Shown here piece by piece: positions 13,724-28,849 of a DNA stretch of 64,000 nt. Position 1 is the stretch's first letter. Every line of letters starts with the position of its first letter. The translations under genes were made by a program, and so were the position numbers. This stretch comes from the human T2T-CHM13v2.0 reference genome, Homo sapiens. The notes under the pieces were generated by a model. It was given only the letters and a program-made list of their open reading frames with translations, was not told where the DNA came from and did no database searches. Where the stretch lies: assembly GCF_009914755.1 (NCBI RefSeq), contig NC_060925.1. One strand, given 5' to 3'.

Positions 13724-14050
13724 GCAAACTGCAAAAACACTAGCCTGTAATCTTCAAAAGCATCAAGCTCATGGAAATCAAAGAAAGGCTGAGGAGCTGT
13801 TCCAGAGTGAAGGGAAGTAAAGAGACATGACAGCTGTCTGATTCTGAATCATGTCTTTTGCTATAAAGCACATTATAGGGACAACTGGAGGACCTTGAAT
13901 GGGGTCTGAAGATTAGACAGCAGTGACAAATCCATGCTCATGTCCTGATTTCAACGGTTCTGTAGACCTACCTTGATTGTGAGAAATGCACGTTCAAGTT
14001 TCAATGGTGCCTGATACTAAAGTATCAGATGGCTTCACTATTTTCATCCG
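13724..14050 (+). mobile_element. L1MC/MD 3'UTR fragment
   Basis: 'aaagaaaggctgaggagctgttccagagtgaagg..agagacatgaca', 'gggacaactggag..ttgaatggggtctga'. Confidence 0.65.
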
Positions 14051-15304
14051 AATGCCATCCTGGGTCAGAAACAGCCCAAGAGGGACAGACCAGAGCCCTG
14101 TCACAGCAAAGGTGTGGTAAGGACATCAATGGGCTTGGTGGCTGGAAAAAATTCATCCAGCCTACTGACCCAGCCATGATCCGCCCATTGCCCATTAAGT
14201 CCAAGGCCAAGGTTAAGCAGAGAGCAACCACATTCCTCTAACTTGTAGGCCAAGGGCTGGCTAGGCAGGGGGTTTTGAGGGGATAACCCCTCTTCTAGGA
14301 CCACCTTGAGGAGTAAGGGCAGACAAGCAGGTGAGGGTAAGTGTGACACACAGAGACTGTGCTCTTCCTGCCCTCACCCTGCCCCACTCCCACAACATTG
14401 GGCCTACCCTTGGGAGCTGGCATTCACCGATCCTCTGTCGGCAGGGCCTGCTACCTGTGCTAGACTCCTATTTACAGCCATGATCAGATATGACCAGGCT
14501 CCTTCTGCTCCTGGAGACCAGAGTCATTTGTTGACTGTCTCTATGGACCAAAGTGTTTGAGGCATCTCAGGCAGACTAAACCTGAGTTTCTACCTGCCTC
14601 TGACTTGCTGTTAGGCATGTCCTGGGCCAAGCAGGGTGGGGAATGAGGGATGGAGGTGTGGAGAGGATGAAATATTTTCATGTAAAACTTTTTTAAAAAG
14701 AACTTCTTTAAAAAAAAATGGTAGGTTGCACCATGTTGACAACCTGCTGTCAAATGATATGAGAAAAAAAGATTTTTTGTACTATTCTTGCAACTTTGAG
14801 ATTGCTTCAAATTTTTTTAATTTTTTAAAGTTTATTTTATGGGATATTCACATGCTAAAAAATGAATTTGGACCCCAACCTCACACCATATAAATAAATT
14901 AACTCAAAATGGATCAACAACTTAAATATAAGAGCTAAAACCATAAAACTCTTAAAAGAAAACATAAGGGTAAATCTCATGTCCTCGAATTTAGAAATGA
15001 AATCTTAAATATGACACCAAAAGTACAAGCAGCAAAAGAAAAAATGGATAAGTAGGACTTCATCAAATTAAAAACTTTTGTGCAGCAAAAAAGTGAAAAG
15101 ACAACCTACAGAATATGATAAAATATTTGCAAATCACATATCTTATAAAGGTCTAGTAGCCAGGATACATAAGGAACTCTTGCATCCAACAACAGAAAGA
15201 CAAATAGCTCAATTAAAAATGGGCAAAGGATTTGAATAAACATTTATCAAAAGAAGATACACAAATGGCCAACAAGCATAGGGAAATAAAAGTCAAATCC
15301 ACAG

Positions 15305-15595
15305 GGAGGGGTGGAGAGGTGGCAGGTGTTGGTTAAAATATATAAAATTTCAGTTAGACGGGAGGAATAAGTTCAAGAGATCTATTGTACAATATGGCAC
15401 TGTAATTAATAACAATGTATATATACTTGAAAATGGTGAAAAGACTAGATTTTAAGTGTTCTTGCCAGAAAAAATAAGTATGCGAGATAACATGCATGCT
15501 AGTTAGCCCAACTGAGCTACAATGTATACATATTTCAAAACATCATATTGTACACATAAATATGTACAATTTTTATTTGTCAATTAAAGAATATT
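15305..15595 (+). mobile_element. L1MA-type 3' end nested in L1MB
   Basis: 'ggaggaataagttcaagagatctattgtaca'; flanks aaatccaca/aaattcaca. Confidence 0.75.
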
Positions 15596-15744
15596 TTTTT
15601 AAATTCACAATGAGATACCACTTCACACCCCTGGCATGACTATAATTTAAAAAATAAATAAATAAGATAATAAGTGTTGACAAGGGTGAGGGAGATTGGA
15701 AACTTCATATGTTGCTGGTGGGGATGTAAAATGGTGCAGCCACT

Positions 15745-16048
15745 TTTTCTTCTTTTTTTGAGACAAAGTCTCGCTCTGTCACCCAGGCTCTCTCGGCTCA
15801 CTGCAGCCTCTGCCTCTTGGCTTCAATTCATTCTCCTGCCTCAGCTTCCCAAGTAGCTGGGATTATAGGCATGTGCCACCACACCCAGCTAATTTTCTTT
15901 TTTTTTTTTTTTTTTTGTATTTTTTTTTAGTAGAGATAGGGCTTCACCATATTGGCCAGGCTGATCTCAAACTCCTGTCCCCAAGTGATCCGCCCACCTC
16001 TGTCTCCCAAAGTGCTGGGATTACAGGCGTGAGCCACCGTACCCAGCC
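15745..16048 (-). mobile_element. AluS with a small internal deletion
   Basis: Reverse Alu; TSD gtgcagccacttt. Confidence 0.93.
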
Positions 16049-16684
16049 AGTGCAGCCACTTTGGAAAGCGGTATGGCAGTTCTTCAAAATGATACCATAT
16101 GGCCCAGCAATTCCACTCCTAGATATATACCCAAAAAAAATTGCAGCTACTCAAACAAATACATGTATGTTCATAGCAGCATTATACAAAACAGCCAAAA
16201 GACATTGGGAAACAATGGTCCAGCAATGGATGAATGGATAAACAAATTGTGATATATACCTACAATGGAACATTCTTCAACTATAAAAAGGAATAAAGTG
16301 CTTGAGACATGCTACAACATGGGTGAACCTCAAAAATATCATGCTAAGTGAAGAAAATAAGACACAAAATGTCACATATTGTATGGTTTCATTTACATGA
16401 AATATCTGGAATAGGCAAATTCACAGAGACAGAAAGCAGATTGTGGGGGAAAGGGGTGGTGGAGAGGAAGAATGAGTAGTAACTGCCTAATGGGATGATG
16501 AAAACGTCCTGGTACTAGGCGAAAGCAGTAGTTGCATAACACCATAAATGGACTAAATCCCACTGAATTGTCCACTTTAAATTGGTTAACTCTATATTCT
16601 GTGAATTTTACCTTAATTTTAAAAAAACAAACTACCAGTTCCTTCCCTGACTTAATCTACTCCCTATATTAAAAAGTCCCTATA

Positions 16685-17257
<573 letters not shown>

Positions 17258-18374
17258 TCAGAAAGCGCACTCTAGAACGATGGCATCAGAGGCCTCTGAG
17301 AGGGACTAGGTGCTTGCAGGTCCATGGAGGGAGGACGTGGCATATCCTTTTCTACACTGTGAATTTTGAACAAAAATAATTTAAAAAGCAGTATTCTGAA
17401 GCAAAAGTGACAAAAGGTTCATATCTGCCCAGATATAGGCACCCAGATGTATATGGATAATTATGTTCTGTAATTTTCTGCATATTTGAAAGATTAAAAT
17501 CTCAAGAAAAGGCCCTATAGGCACCAAGGCCCTGAGGCAGGATGAAGTGCCGCCACTGTGGGCTGGAGAGTGGGGCCAAGGGACAAGGTGGCACAGGATG
17601 AGAGAAGTAGGTGGGGACTCGATCCTGGAGCCACAGAAGACCACACCCTTCCCACACATTCCAGAGGCTCCCATCCCTGCCAGCCTAATGCCATGTCTTT
17701 CTGAAGTGCTAACAGGGCCCCAGAGTCTGCCTCCTAAATCACCCAGTACCAGCCCTGGCCCGGGCTCTGCTGGCTCCTCGACATGACAAGTTCATTGTTC
17801 CCCTTCTTCCGAAGGCTGCTTTTCCCCAAGAGGCAGCTCTGAGCGGGCAGGTTTCTGTGGGCAGATGCCCTGAGGCAGGGTTCACAAAGGCAGTATTGTG
17901 TGGCTCCACAGAGCAGGATCCTCGCCCCATCCTCCAGCCCCCACATCAAAGAGGAAAGAAATCAAAGCTGCAGCGGCAGGAGAACACAGCCCATCCCTGG
18001 TCCCAGAGGGAGCTCTCGTGTGGTACATTTCATCCCTGGCAGATGAGGAGGTAGATGGAGGCAGGATACTAGCAGTATGTGGCCAGCACCGGCTGAACAG
18101 AATGACCACCAGGACAAGAGCCAAGTCGAGGGACAGCATCATCTCCAGGGAGCACAGCACTTTACCATTTGCAGCACAGCACGTGAAGGCAGGGCTGGAA
18201 CTGAGAGGCTCACGGCAGATGAGAAAATCAAATCAGAGCGTACCAAGGTCACAGAGCTAGCTAGAGAGCCGAGGCTCTCAGGTCCCCTGCCCAGTGTGTT
18301 TCCCGGGAGTACAAGGTGGTTTCCACACCAGCAGCTGCAGACGGACTAATGAAGACACAAGGGCTAGACCTCCC

Positions 18375-18492
18375 ACCTGCACCACTTAGTAGCTGGGATC
18401 TCTGGGTAGTCAATGACCTCCCTGACCTTGACCCCTCAAGGGTGCCAAGTGCAGTGTGTGGTGCATGGTAAATATTCAACAAATGGTAGCTC
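18375..18492 (+). mobile_element. MIR fragment
   Basis: 'ccacttagtagctgggatctctggg', 'catggtaaatattcaacaaatggtagct'. Confidence 0.55.
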
Positions 18493-18609
18493 TTCTTACC
18501 CTGATGCCCTAGAAAAAACCCACTGGAGAGGTGTCACCTAACAGCAAACTCACCTACGCCAGGTGGCCTGGACTGAAACACTAGGAGGTGAGGGCAGCAG
18601 CGGGCAGGG

Positions 18610-19190
18610 TGTTGGGGTTCAATCAGGCTGGTGGGAAAAATATTAAAGATAGTTACAGTAATAGCCAAAAACTATCTTGGAAGACCTGAGAGTTTGCATA
18701 GCTTCAGATTGCTTGGCTGAAGGCAGCCAGGGTCTCTTTGCAGGAGCCAGAAAGATTAAGGTGCAAGTACAAAGGAATGTGGGAAGTCTATCTTACTAAC
18801 CTGTTTATTTATATGGGCTTTAGACTGACCTTTGTCCTACCGGGTACTTTACTGCCTCCTACTCAGGGAGGTCTGCAAAAGTGTATTACTCACAAACGGT
18901 GTTTGCTTTAGGCCTCAGAAACTGGCCTTTAATCTTTACCCTCTAGTGGTGTTTACTTGCAACTTTTGTTAATTAGTGTTGCTGAATAAATGCGAGCCTC
19001 ACTAGCTGATCAGGGCCGAGTCTCAACTGTTTACAGAACTCAGCTTGGAGCCTGTAAGTGGACCCTCAGCTGGACCGGCAGAGCAGAATATCTGTGTGCC
19101 AGTGTACTTTATTCATCTGTCACCGAATCAGGGGTCTGCAGGAACAGACTCCCTGCAGCTAACGCCCCCCGCAAAAGGAGCGCTGCCTCA
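18610..19190 (+). mobile_element. ERVK solo LTR, LTR22 family (HML-5)
   Basis: 581 bp, TG...CA ends, perfect 6-bp TSD gcaggg; starts 'tgttggggttcaatcaggctggtgggaaaaa'; AATAAA at ~18985. Confidence 0.85.
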
Positions 19191-19510
19191 GCAGGGCCCC
19201 TTAGGGGTAGCCCCAGATATGGCAGGCTGCCCCAGGCCTCAGAGAGGATCCTTGCAGGGAGACCTCCAGCCTCACCCCAAGGCTTGCCAGCTGTGTGGTG
19301 ACTGAATGCAATCAGAGCCGCAGGACGGGTGAGGGGATTCGGGAGACCTGGGGGCTAATCCCTACTCTGCCACAGGAGACATGTGTTACTCTGGGAAAGT
19401 CACTTTGCTCTCTGAGCAGTAAAATGAAGAGTCTGGATTCCATGAAATTGAAGGCCCCTTCAAAACGAAGTCCCCGTGAATGTATTTTATCCCCAAAATC
19501 CTCCTGAAAG

Positions 19511-19650
19511 GAATAGATAGGTAGATAGAGATGGTTGGATGGTTGGATGGATGGATGGATGGATGGATGGATGGATGGATGGATGGATGATGGTGATATA
19601 GATAGAAAGATGATAGAGGCAGATATACATACACACATACATATACATAA
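19511..19650. repeat. (GGAT)n / GATA / TACA compound microsatellite
   Basis: Direct inspection. Confidence 0.9.
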
Positions 19651-20465
19651 AAATTGGTTAGTTATTATCTTCTTTTAAGGCTAACAGAAAAGAAGAGAAG
19701 GAGGAGAAAAGGAAGGAAGGAAGGAGAGAGGGAGGGAAGGAAGATTGTCCTTTGGGCATCCAGGGACCAGCTGTTGGAAAAGTAAGTCCAGCTCCCTATG
19801 GAGCTGGTGCTCCAGGAATCACAACAAGGCTCAGAGACTCAGACCTCCAAAAAGCATAGAATAGAGGCCCCAGAAGGAAGGCCTGTCTCTTGCCTCTCCC
19901 AACAAGGACAAGCCCCGCCCTGTGACTCCCTAAGAAGAGCGTTACTCCTGCCAGACCATGGGCAGCCTGTCCTCGAATCCTGGCCTTGTACTGTGTTTGC
20001 ATTGGAATCTTCTAGAAGCCCCAGGCCTAAGGGAGAAAGCTAGGCCTAGAGAGTGAGGAGATTTCCTGCTAACTAAAGAGACTACTGTTTATGAGACCAA
20101 ATACACGACAGGTGAAACACAATACAACTTAGTGAACTAAGGATTCTGCAGGTTCAAGTGAGCAAAGTAACATCTCCCTGTTGGTGTTCAGCCTCCGCCG
20201 TGAGCCGCTAACTGGTACACCGAACTCCTGAGCACCTCCACCTATGTGACAATAGGCATCTCAAACTCATCTAAAATTCACCTCCATGATTCCTCCAGAT
20301 ATTAGATCTAAAACTTTGAAACCATCTTTGACCCTCTTTCTCTATCCCATTTAACTGCTAGCAAGACTCGCTGGTTCCACGTCTGCATATTAGCTAGCAC
20401 GTGTAAGACATGCTGCATGCCACGTGCTGTTCTAAACACTTTCTGTATTAAATTATTCATTCTTT

Positions 20466-20768
20466 GGCTGGGCGGGTGGCTCATACCTGTAATCCCAGCA
20501 CTTTGGAAGCCTGAGGCTGGAGGATCGCTTGAGGCCAGGAGTTCGAAACCAGCCTGCGCAACAGAGCAAGATCCTGCCTCTATAAAAAATAAATTTAAAA
20601 ATTAGCCAGGTGTAGTGGCATGCACCTATGGTCCCAGATACCTGGGAGGCTAAGATGGAGGATTGCTTGAGACTGAGAAGACTGCAGTGAGCCACAGTAG
20701 TCCCACTGCACTCCAGCCTGGGCAACAGAGAGAGACCCTGTCTCAGAAAAAAAAAAAAAAAAAAAAAG
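20466..20768 (+). mobile_element. AluJ (inside a - strand MIR, ~20390-20860)
   Basis: Dimeric Alu; MIR core 'ccccattttacagataaggaagc' downstream. Confidence 0.92.
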
Positions 20769-21084
20769 CCGTTCAGTCTTCATGGTGGCTCTATGGAGTA
20801 GGTACTCGCATCCCCATTTTACAGATAAGGAAGCTAAGTCACACAGAGGTTAAGTAGCTGTGAAGCGATGGGGCCGAGGTCGAAGGCAGGACAGGTGGCT
20901 CCAGTGCCTGTGTGCTTCACCACTCCACAAACTGCCCTCCAGGGATTTCCAATCACCCCCATCTCCATGGCTCCAGCCCCCGCACCTCCCTCTCTCACCA
21001 GCCTCCTCACTAGACACCCTGCTGCCCCCTCCCTGCACACCTTACAATATTTTCCTCAACAGAAAGCAGCAGAGAGAGCTTTAA

Positions 21085-21506
<422 letters not shown>

Positions 21507-22251
21507 TGGAAGGCAGTTCAGATAACACCTTTGTTCAAAGACTCCTGTAGTTCCCATGTCACTCAGAGCCTACACCAAAATACTCACCTTGGCCTACAAG
21601 ATCCTGCATGGTCCGACTTCATCTTCTCCCAGGGTCCCTTTGCTCACTCTGCATCAGACTCATTGTTCAATATTCCCAGAGGCCTCTGTGCTTGCCGTTC
21701 CGTCCCCACAGCCTGAAACACCCTTCCCCCCAGCTACCTACCAGGCTCATGCCACCGCTTATCATTGAAGTCTTCCTGAAAACCCTATTGAAAGTATTGA
21801 CTGCCCATCCCTCACTCTTCCTATTCCCCATACGGGTGTCTCTCCACAGCATGGCCATCATCAGATATGTGACCTATCTACTCTACCTCCCTACCTGACA
21901 AAAACCTCCATGAGGGCAGGACCTGGGCGCGTTTTATTCCCTGCTATATCCCCTATGCTTAGAATAGTTACTTGGACCAGGCACTTAACAAATACTTGTT
22001 GAATAGATGAATGAAGGCATGACTAAATAAAGTTCTTCCAGGTACAACTGCAGTCTGGTGGGAGTTCAGAGGTAACAGATTAGTCACAGCTGAAAATGGG
22101 GGCATTGTGGGGTTAGAGGGGACATCTGGGAAGGCTTCTTGGGGAAGTTAGGGTGTGAACGGGGCCGGTTGGCTTTGCTGAGAGAGATGAGCACAGCCAC
22201 GCAAAACGCCAGCACCACCATGAGTAAGGAGCAAAGTCACGATGGGCCCCA

Positions 22252-22572
22252 GGCCGGGCACAAGGGCTCACGCCTATAATCCCAGCACTTTGGGAGGCCC
22301 AGGCAGGAGGATCGTTTGAGCCCAGGGTTCAAGACCAGCCTGAGCAACAGAGCAAGACGCTGTCTCTACAAAATATTAAAAACTTAGCCAGGTATGGTAG
22401 CACGCACCTGTAGTCCCAGCTACTCAGGAAGCTGAGGCAGGAGGATCACTTGAGCTCAGGAGTTTGGGGCCGCAGTGAGCTAGAATGGCACCTCAGCAGT
22501 CCAGCCTGGGGGGCAGAGTAAGACCTTGTCTCTAAAAACTAAAAATAAACATATGAATAAATAAATAAAAAT
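22252..22572 (+). mobile_element. AluJ
   Basis: Dimeric Alu with J-type residues. Confidence 0.92.
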
Positions 22573-22574
22573 AA

Positions 22575-22980
22575 GAAACATGGATAAATAAATTGGGGTG
22601 TGTTTACAAAATGGAAAGCTCACAGCAATTTAAAAAAGAATGAAGCATTGCTACCATTAACAACATAAATGACTCTCACAGTCATAATGTTCAGCAAAAG
22701 AAGCACAAATGAAGACTATGAGTGATTTCATTTATATAAAGTTCAGGAGCAAACAAACTAATCTATGGTGATAAAAGGTTAGCGGCATTTAGAAGAATGA
22801 TTACCTCTGGTAGGAGCTATTGACCAGGATGGGGCAGGAGGGAGCCTTCTGGGGTGCTGGAAATGACTTACACCTTGATCTGGGTAGCATATATGCATGG
22901 CCATAATGGTTACTTGGGTATACATACATGCAAAAACTCATTGAGATGTGTGCATTTCATCCAAATTTTATTTTAAATCA
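22575..22980 (+). mobile_element. L1ME 3'UTR fragment
   Basis: 'aaactaatctatggtgataaaag', 'ccttgatctgggtag', 'caaaaactcattgagatgtg'. Confidence 0.7.
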
Positions 22981-23019
22981 AAGATCCAGAAGAGAGAAAC
23001 AGGAAGAACAGTGCATTTG

Positions 23020-23287
23020 CTACCTGAGCCTCTCCTATCAGGCCAAACATGTTCCCAAATGCCCCAGCAACTTTCCCCAAACATCTCTTGGGCCACAGCT
23101 GGATCACATACCCACCAGAGACCCATCACCAGCAAAGAGAGGTAGAAGTACTATGACTGGCCAAGACCAGTCATGACCCAGCCCCTGTAGCTGAGCACTC
23201 TATTGCTGGAACAAAACCAAGGTTCAACTTATTTATTTATAAGAAGAAAGGTGAAGGCTCAGTGGGGAGCCAACAGTGTCTACCACA
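23020..23287 (-). mobile_element. MLT1J/K-type LTR fragment
   Basis: 'ggatcacatacccacc..ccatcaccagcaaag'; ends 'aacagtgtctaccaca'. Confidence 0.55.
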
Positions 23288-23497
23288 ACTGCAGAGAGCT
23301 CGAAAGAAACTGAAAGGTCATCCCAGGTAGGGAGCAATAAGAGTAGAACTGGCTAATGCTCACTGGGCACTCACCATGTGCCAGGCTGTGTGCAAGGTGC
23401 TGACATGGGGCTCTCCCATTCAAGATGGTGGCCAGTGAAAAAGGACGCTGAGAAATTATGAGGGAAAGAGGTCCAAAAATTATTGCCAGGAGCCAGC

Positions 23498-24051
23498 TGT
23501 ATTAGTCAGCGTGCTCCGGAGAAACAGAACCAATAGGATGGATAGGTGGATGAATGAATGAATGGGTGGGTGGGTGGGTGGATGGATGGATGGATGGATG
23601 GATGGATGGATGGACAGGTAGATGCATGGATGAATAGATGGATGGATGAGTGGATAAATGGGTGGATGGGTGGGTGGATGGATGGTTGGATGGGCGGGCA
23701 AATGATTGGATGGGTGGATGGATTTTTAAGGAAGTGACTTAGGATTCTGGAGACCAGCAAGTCCAAAATCTGCAGAGCAGGCCAGCAGTCTGGAAATTCA
23801 GGCAGGGGTTGATGCTGAAGTCTTAAGCAGAATTTCTTCTACTCTAGGAAACTTGAGTTTCTGTTCTTAAGGCCTTCAACTGACTGGATGAAACCCACCC
23901 ATATTATCTAGGATAATCTCCTTAAAATTAACTGATTGCAGATGTAAGCCACGTCAACAAAATACCTTCACAGCAACATCTAGGTCAGTGTTTGGTTGAA
24001 TAACTGGGTCCTATGGCCTAGCCAAGTTGACACATAAAACAAACCATCAAA
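23498..24051 (-). mobile_element. MLT2 (MLT2C/D-like) ERVL solo LTR with an internal (GGAT)n expansion
   Basis: 'tgtattagtcag..ccggagaaacagaaccaatagga', 'agccaagttgacacataaaa..aaccatca'; 5-bp TSD ccagc. Confidence 0.88.
23537..23722. repeat. (GGAT)n/(GGGT)n degenerate microsatellite
   Basis: Direct inspection. Confidence 0.9.
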
Positions 24052-25804
24052 CCAGCTGACCCAACCTTAATGTACTTCCATTACTATCTCTCTCATTTCC
24101 CTAATTAACCCTACCCCAACCAATTCCCCATCCCCAGCTCCCCAGGATTAACCTCCAGACATGGTCATTTCCACCGTCAAGTCTTCTAGGGCCCTCACCG
24201 GGTAGGGCTCCACATTGAAGTGGGAGCAAAAGGAACCAGAAAGGTGTTTCTAGCAGGAACCTGGAACAAGAGTCCTGGACTGGGCCAAGTAAGCCACAAA
24301 AACCTGAGAAAGAAAAACAAAAGCCTACTCCCCAGACCAGCTGAGCTTTCCCTGAGTTCTTGGCTTGTTCTGCTCCATGGATTCCTTGGTATTTGCTGTC
24401 TCTCAGAAACATATTTCTGTGATATATACTGTAAATCTGCTTCATTTGAAATTCATAGTTAATGACCTATTCCCTTGTATTCAGGAAACAGAGTAAGGTT
24501 CCGGCTTTTAAAGGCCAGGAGTTTACTAGCCAGAATATGACAAGTATTACAAAGTATAGGCCTACTCTAAAAGCACTTAAGAAACAGTCTCCATCAGAAA
24601 TTTCAAGAATACCTTCAAATAACATCATTTATCTGCCAAGAGGCCAAGGGGATGGGGAGTGGTGGTGGGCAGAGAGTAAATGAGTATTTGATCAAATCCA
24701 TACTTTCGACTCCCAGTGGGAGGGGAGGTAAATATTTACTAACCCTTCTCACCCTGGAAAGGTTTGTTTGCATGCTTATATGGACAAGGGGACGTGTGCA
24801 TGGGTGCAAGCGTGTGCAAGCGTATGTGTGCACCAAAACCCCCTCTCCTCCATCCACCAGCCCCCAAGGCTAACATAAAAACAAACTCTGCCATACTCTG
24901 AACTCTGTAATCAAAGAGGTAATTTAATAAAACGAGTATCCCTGTTTTCGGGTGGACCCACTTAACTGAAACCCAAAGCCAGCCCTGGAGTAAATTGGGC
25001 TGTGGACGAATCGATTAGGCCCATCCACACTTTCTCATTTTCTATAGAGTCAGGGCTTAACCAGGTTAATTTTTGTTAAACACATTACCCAGGTACTCTC
25101 CTCTTACCAGCCCAGTGATTTTGTGTCGGGCCTGAAGGATTGTAATTGCAATCCAGCAAGACGCCAACTGAGTGCTGTGATTTACTGAGGGCCACAGAGC
25201 ACAGGCCGCCTCCTACCTGCCAGCTGCTGGATGGTAACTTTCTTCCTTGAATCTTGGCATGGCTAATGGATGAGGGTCCAGAGCAAGGCGCCATGCGAGA
25301 GTTCTTCCCCAGGGAGAACAGGCTGCTGCCTCTTTTGGGCACCCAACTCTGTGGTTCTCTCTAGGCTTATGAGGGAGAACAAAGGCCTCTTTGTTCCATG
25401 GAACAGAAACTCAGGAGGGCCTGGGCTCCCGGGCACTGGCCTTGGGAATTGCTGGTCATTCCCAGTCATGCCCGTTCACTGGGAAGTATGACCTTCCTAA
25501 CTGTTGTCCAGGGAACATTTCCTGGCCTCATTTTCCCATCTCCTCCAGGCCCCAGACCTCAGACTTCTCCGAGACAGGCCCAGTGCCTCTCTGCTCCACT
25601 TCAGATGCACCTTCTGCTGCACTCTGCTCTCGTTGGGCCTGATGCGCACACACTCAGCTTTTCATCCTGCTTTGCAGACACCTCACATCTCCACACCCCA
25701 GTCCCCTTGTCTGCTGAATGGGCGTATGAGGGCACCTTCTCATAGGACTGTGAGGACAAAGCCTGAGGAACAGCTACCTGTGCCTGACACACAGTAAGTC
25801 TTCA

Positions 25805-26001
<197 letters not shown>

Positions 26002-26049
26002 TCACCTGTAGTCATTTACCTTAAGAAGAGAAACTGGCAAGGACAGAGA

Positions 26050-26745
26050 AGAACCAATGCTAGCGAGGATGGGGAGAAACGGAGACCCTTATATGATGCT
26101 GGCATGCTGGCAGGGATGTAAGGATGGGGCAGACACTTTGGAAACAGTTTGGCAGTTTCCTAAAAAGTTAAATATGCATCTGCCATACGACCCAGCAATT
26201 TCACTCCTATGTATTTACCCAAGAGAAATGAAAGCATGTGCCCACACAAAGACTTGTACACGAATGTTCCTAGCTGTTTTATCTTAATACTTGAAAACTA
26301 GAAACAACCCAGATGGCTGTGGGCAGGTGAATGGATAAAGTATGGCATGTCCATGCAATGGAATATTAGGTAGCAATAAAAAAAGAATGAAACACTGAGA
26401 CCTGCTACAATGTGGATGAATCTCAAACCATTATGCTAAGTGAAAGAAGGCAGACACAAAAAGCCATGATTCCAAAACAAAAAATACATGATTCCATGTA
26501 TATGAAATGTCCAGAACAGGCAAATCTATAGAGTTAGAATGTAGATCTGTGGTTACCTTGGGCTGAGAATTGAATCAAGGATGATAAATAGGCATAAGGG
26601 ATCTTATTGGTGTGGTAAATATGTTCTAAACTGGATTGTGATGATGGTTGCACGATTCAGTAAATTTACTAAAAAGCATTGAAGTGTAATGAGTAAATTT
26701 TATGGAATATAAATTTTGCCTCAATAAAGTTGCTTAAAAAAAAGA
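26050..26745 (+). mobile_element. L1ME/MB 3' end
   Basis: 'gacccagcaatttcactcctatgtatttacccaagagaaatgaaagcatgtgcccacacaaagacttg'; ends ctcaataaagttgcttaaaa. Confidence 0.8.
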
Positions 26746-26788
26746 AAAGAGAGGCTGGAACCTACCACTTACAGAGACGGTGACTACC

Positions 26789-27153
26789 TGACATGGTTTG
26801 GCTCTGTGTCCCCACCCAAATCTCATCTTGTAGCCCCATAATTCCCACATGTTGTGGGAGGGACCCAGTGGGAAATAATTGAATCATGGGGGTGGGTCTT
26901 TCCCATGCTATTCTCATAATAGTGAATAAGTCTCGCAAGATCTGATGGTTTTAAGAATGGGAGTTTCCCTGCACACGCTCTCTCTTTGCCTGCTGCCATC
27001 CACATAAGATGTGACTTGCGCCTCCTTACCTTCCACCATGATTGTGAGGCCTCCCCAGCCATGGGGAACTGTAAGCCCAATAAACCTCTTCCTTTTGTAA
27101 ATTACCCAGTCTCAGGTATGTCTTTATCAGCAGCATGAAAATGGACTGATACA
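26789..27153 (+). mobile_element. THE1 (THE1A/B) MaLR solo LTR
   Basis: 'tgacatggtttggctctgtgtccccacccaaatctcatcttg'...'aatggactgataca'; 5-bp TSD ctacc. Confidence 0.93.
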
Positions 27154-27204
27154 CTACCTTAGTGGATTTGGGTTTGTTAGTTTTGCCAATGTAGGGTTAC
27201 AAGT

Positions 27205-27928
<724 letters not shown>

Positions 27929-28105
27929 CAAGTTTTTGTTGAGACTGAAAATTCATGTAATACACATGTCTGTGTCATTGTATGAGATACTGGTATAAAT
28001 TACCTAGTACAGGGCCCAGTATGAAGTTGGGAATGACAGCAGGCATAGTTTCATTCGTTTTCTTTCATTGGGAAAGTTCTCCTGGAAGAGGAAAGACATC
28101 AGAGG

Positions 28106-28849
28106 TGTGTTAGTCCATTTTGCATCACTATAAAGGAATACTCAGGGCTGGGTAATCTATGAAGAAAAGAGGTTCAATTGGCTCATGGTTCTGCAGGCTG
28201 TATAGAAAGCATGGTGATGGCTGGGCACGGTGGCTCATGTCTATAATCCCAGCACTTTGGGAGGCTGAGGCGGGCAGATCACCTTGAGGTCAGGAGTTCG
28301 AGACCAGCCTGGCCAACATGGTGAAACCTCGTCTCTACTAAAAATACAAAAATTAGCCGGGCATGGTGGTGTGCACCTGCAGTCCCAGCTACTCGGGATA
28401 CTGAGGCAGGAGAATCACTTGAATCCAGGAGGCCAGAGGTTGCAGTGAGCTGAGATTGCGCCACTGCACTCCAGCGTGGATGACAGCACGAGACTCCATC
28501 TCAAAAAAATAATAATAAAATAAAAAGAAAGCATGGTGCTGGCATCTGCTTGGCTCCTGGTGAGGCTTCAGGGAGCTTTTACTCATGGTAGAAGGTGAAG
28601 CAGGAGCAGGCATGTGACCAGCAAGAAAGGGAGCAAGAGAGAGAGGAGGTTCCAAGCCCTTTTAATTAACAACCAGCTCTTACGTGAACTACCAGAGGGA
28701 GAACTCGTTCATTACCATGGAGACAGCACCAAGGCATTCCTGAGGGATCCACCCTCATGACCCAGCTACCTCCCACCAGGCCCCACCTGCAACACTGGGA
28801 TCGTCTTTCAACATGAGATTTGGAGAGGACAAACATCCAAACTACATCA
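28106..28849 (-). mobile_element. MSTB solo LTR interrupted by an Alu
   Basis: 'tgtgttagtccattttgcat'...'ggacaaacatccaaactacatca'. Confidence 0.88.
28219..28525 (+). mobile_element. AluSx/Sz
   Basis: TSD agaaagcatggtg. Confidence 0.95.

Larger units (their letters stand above)
14840..16630 (+). mobile_element. L1MB-type 3' portion
   Basis: 'tcacaccatataaataaattaactcaaaatggatc', 'tgaaatatctggaataggcaaattcacagagacagaaagcagatt'. Confidence 0.8.
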
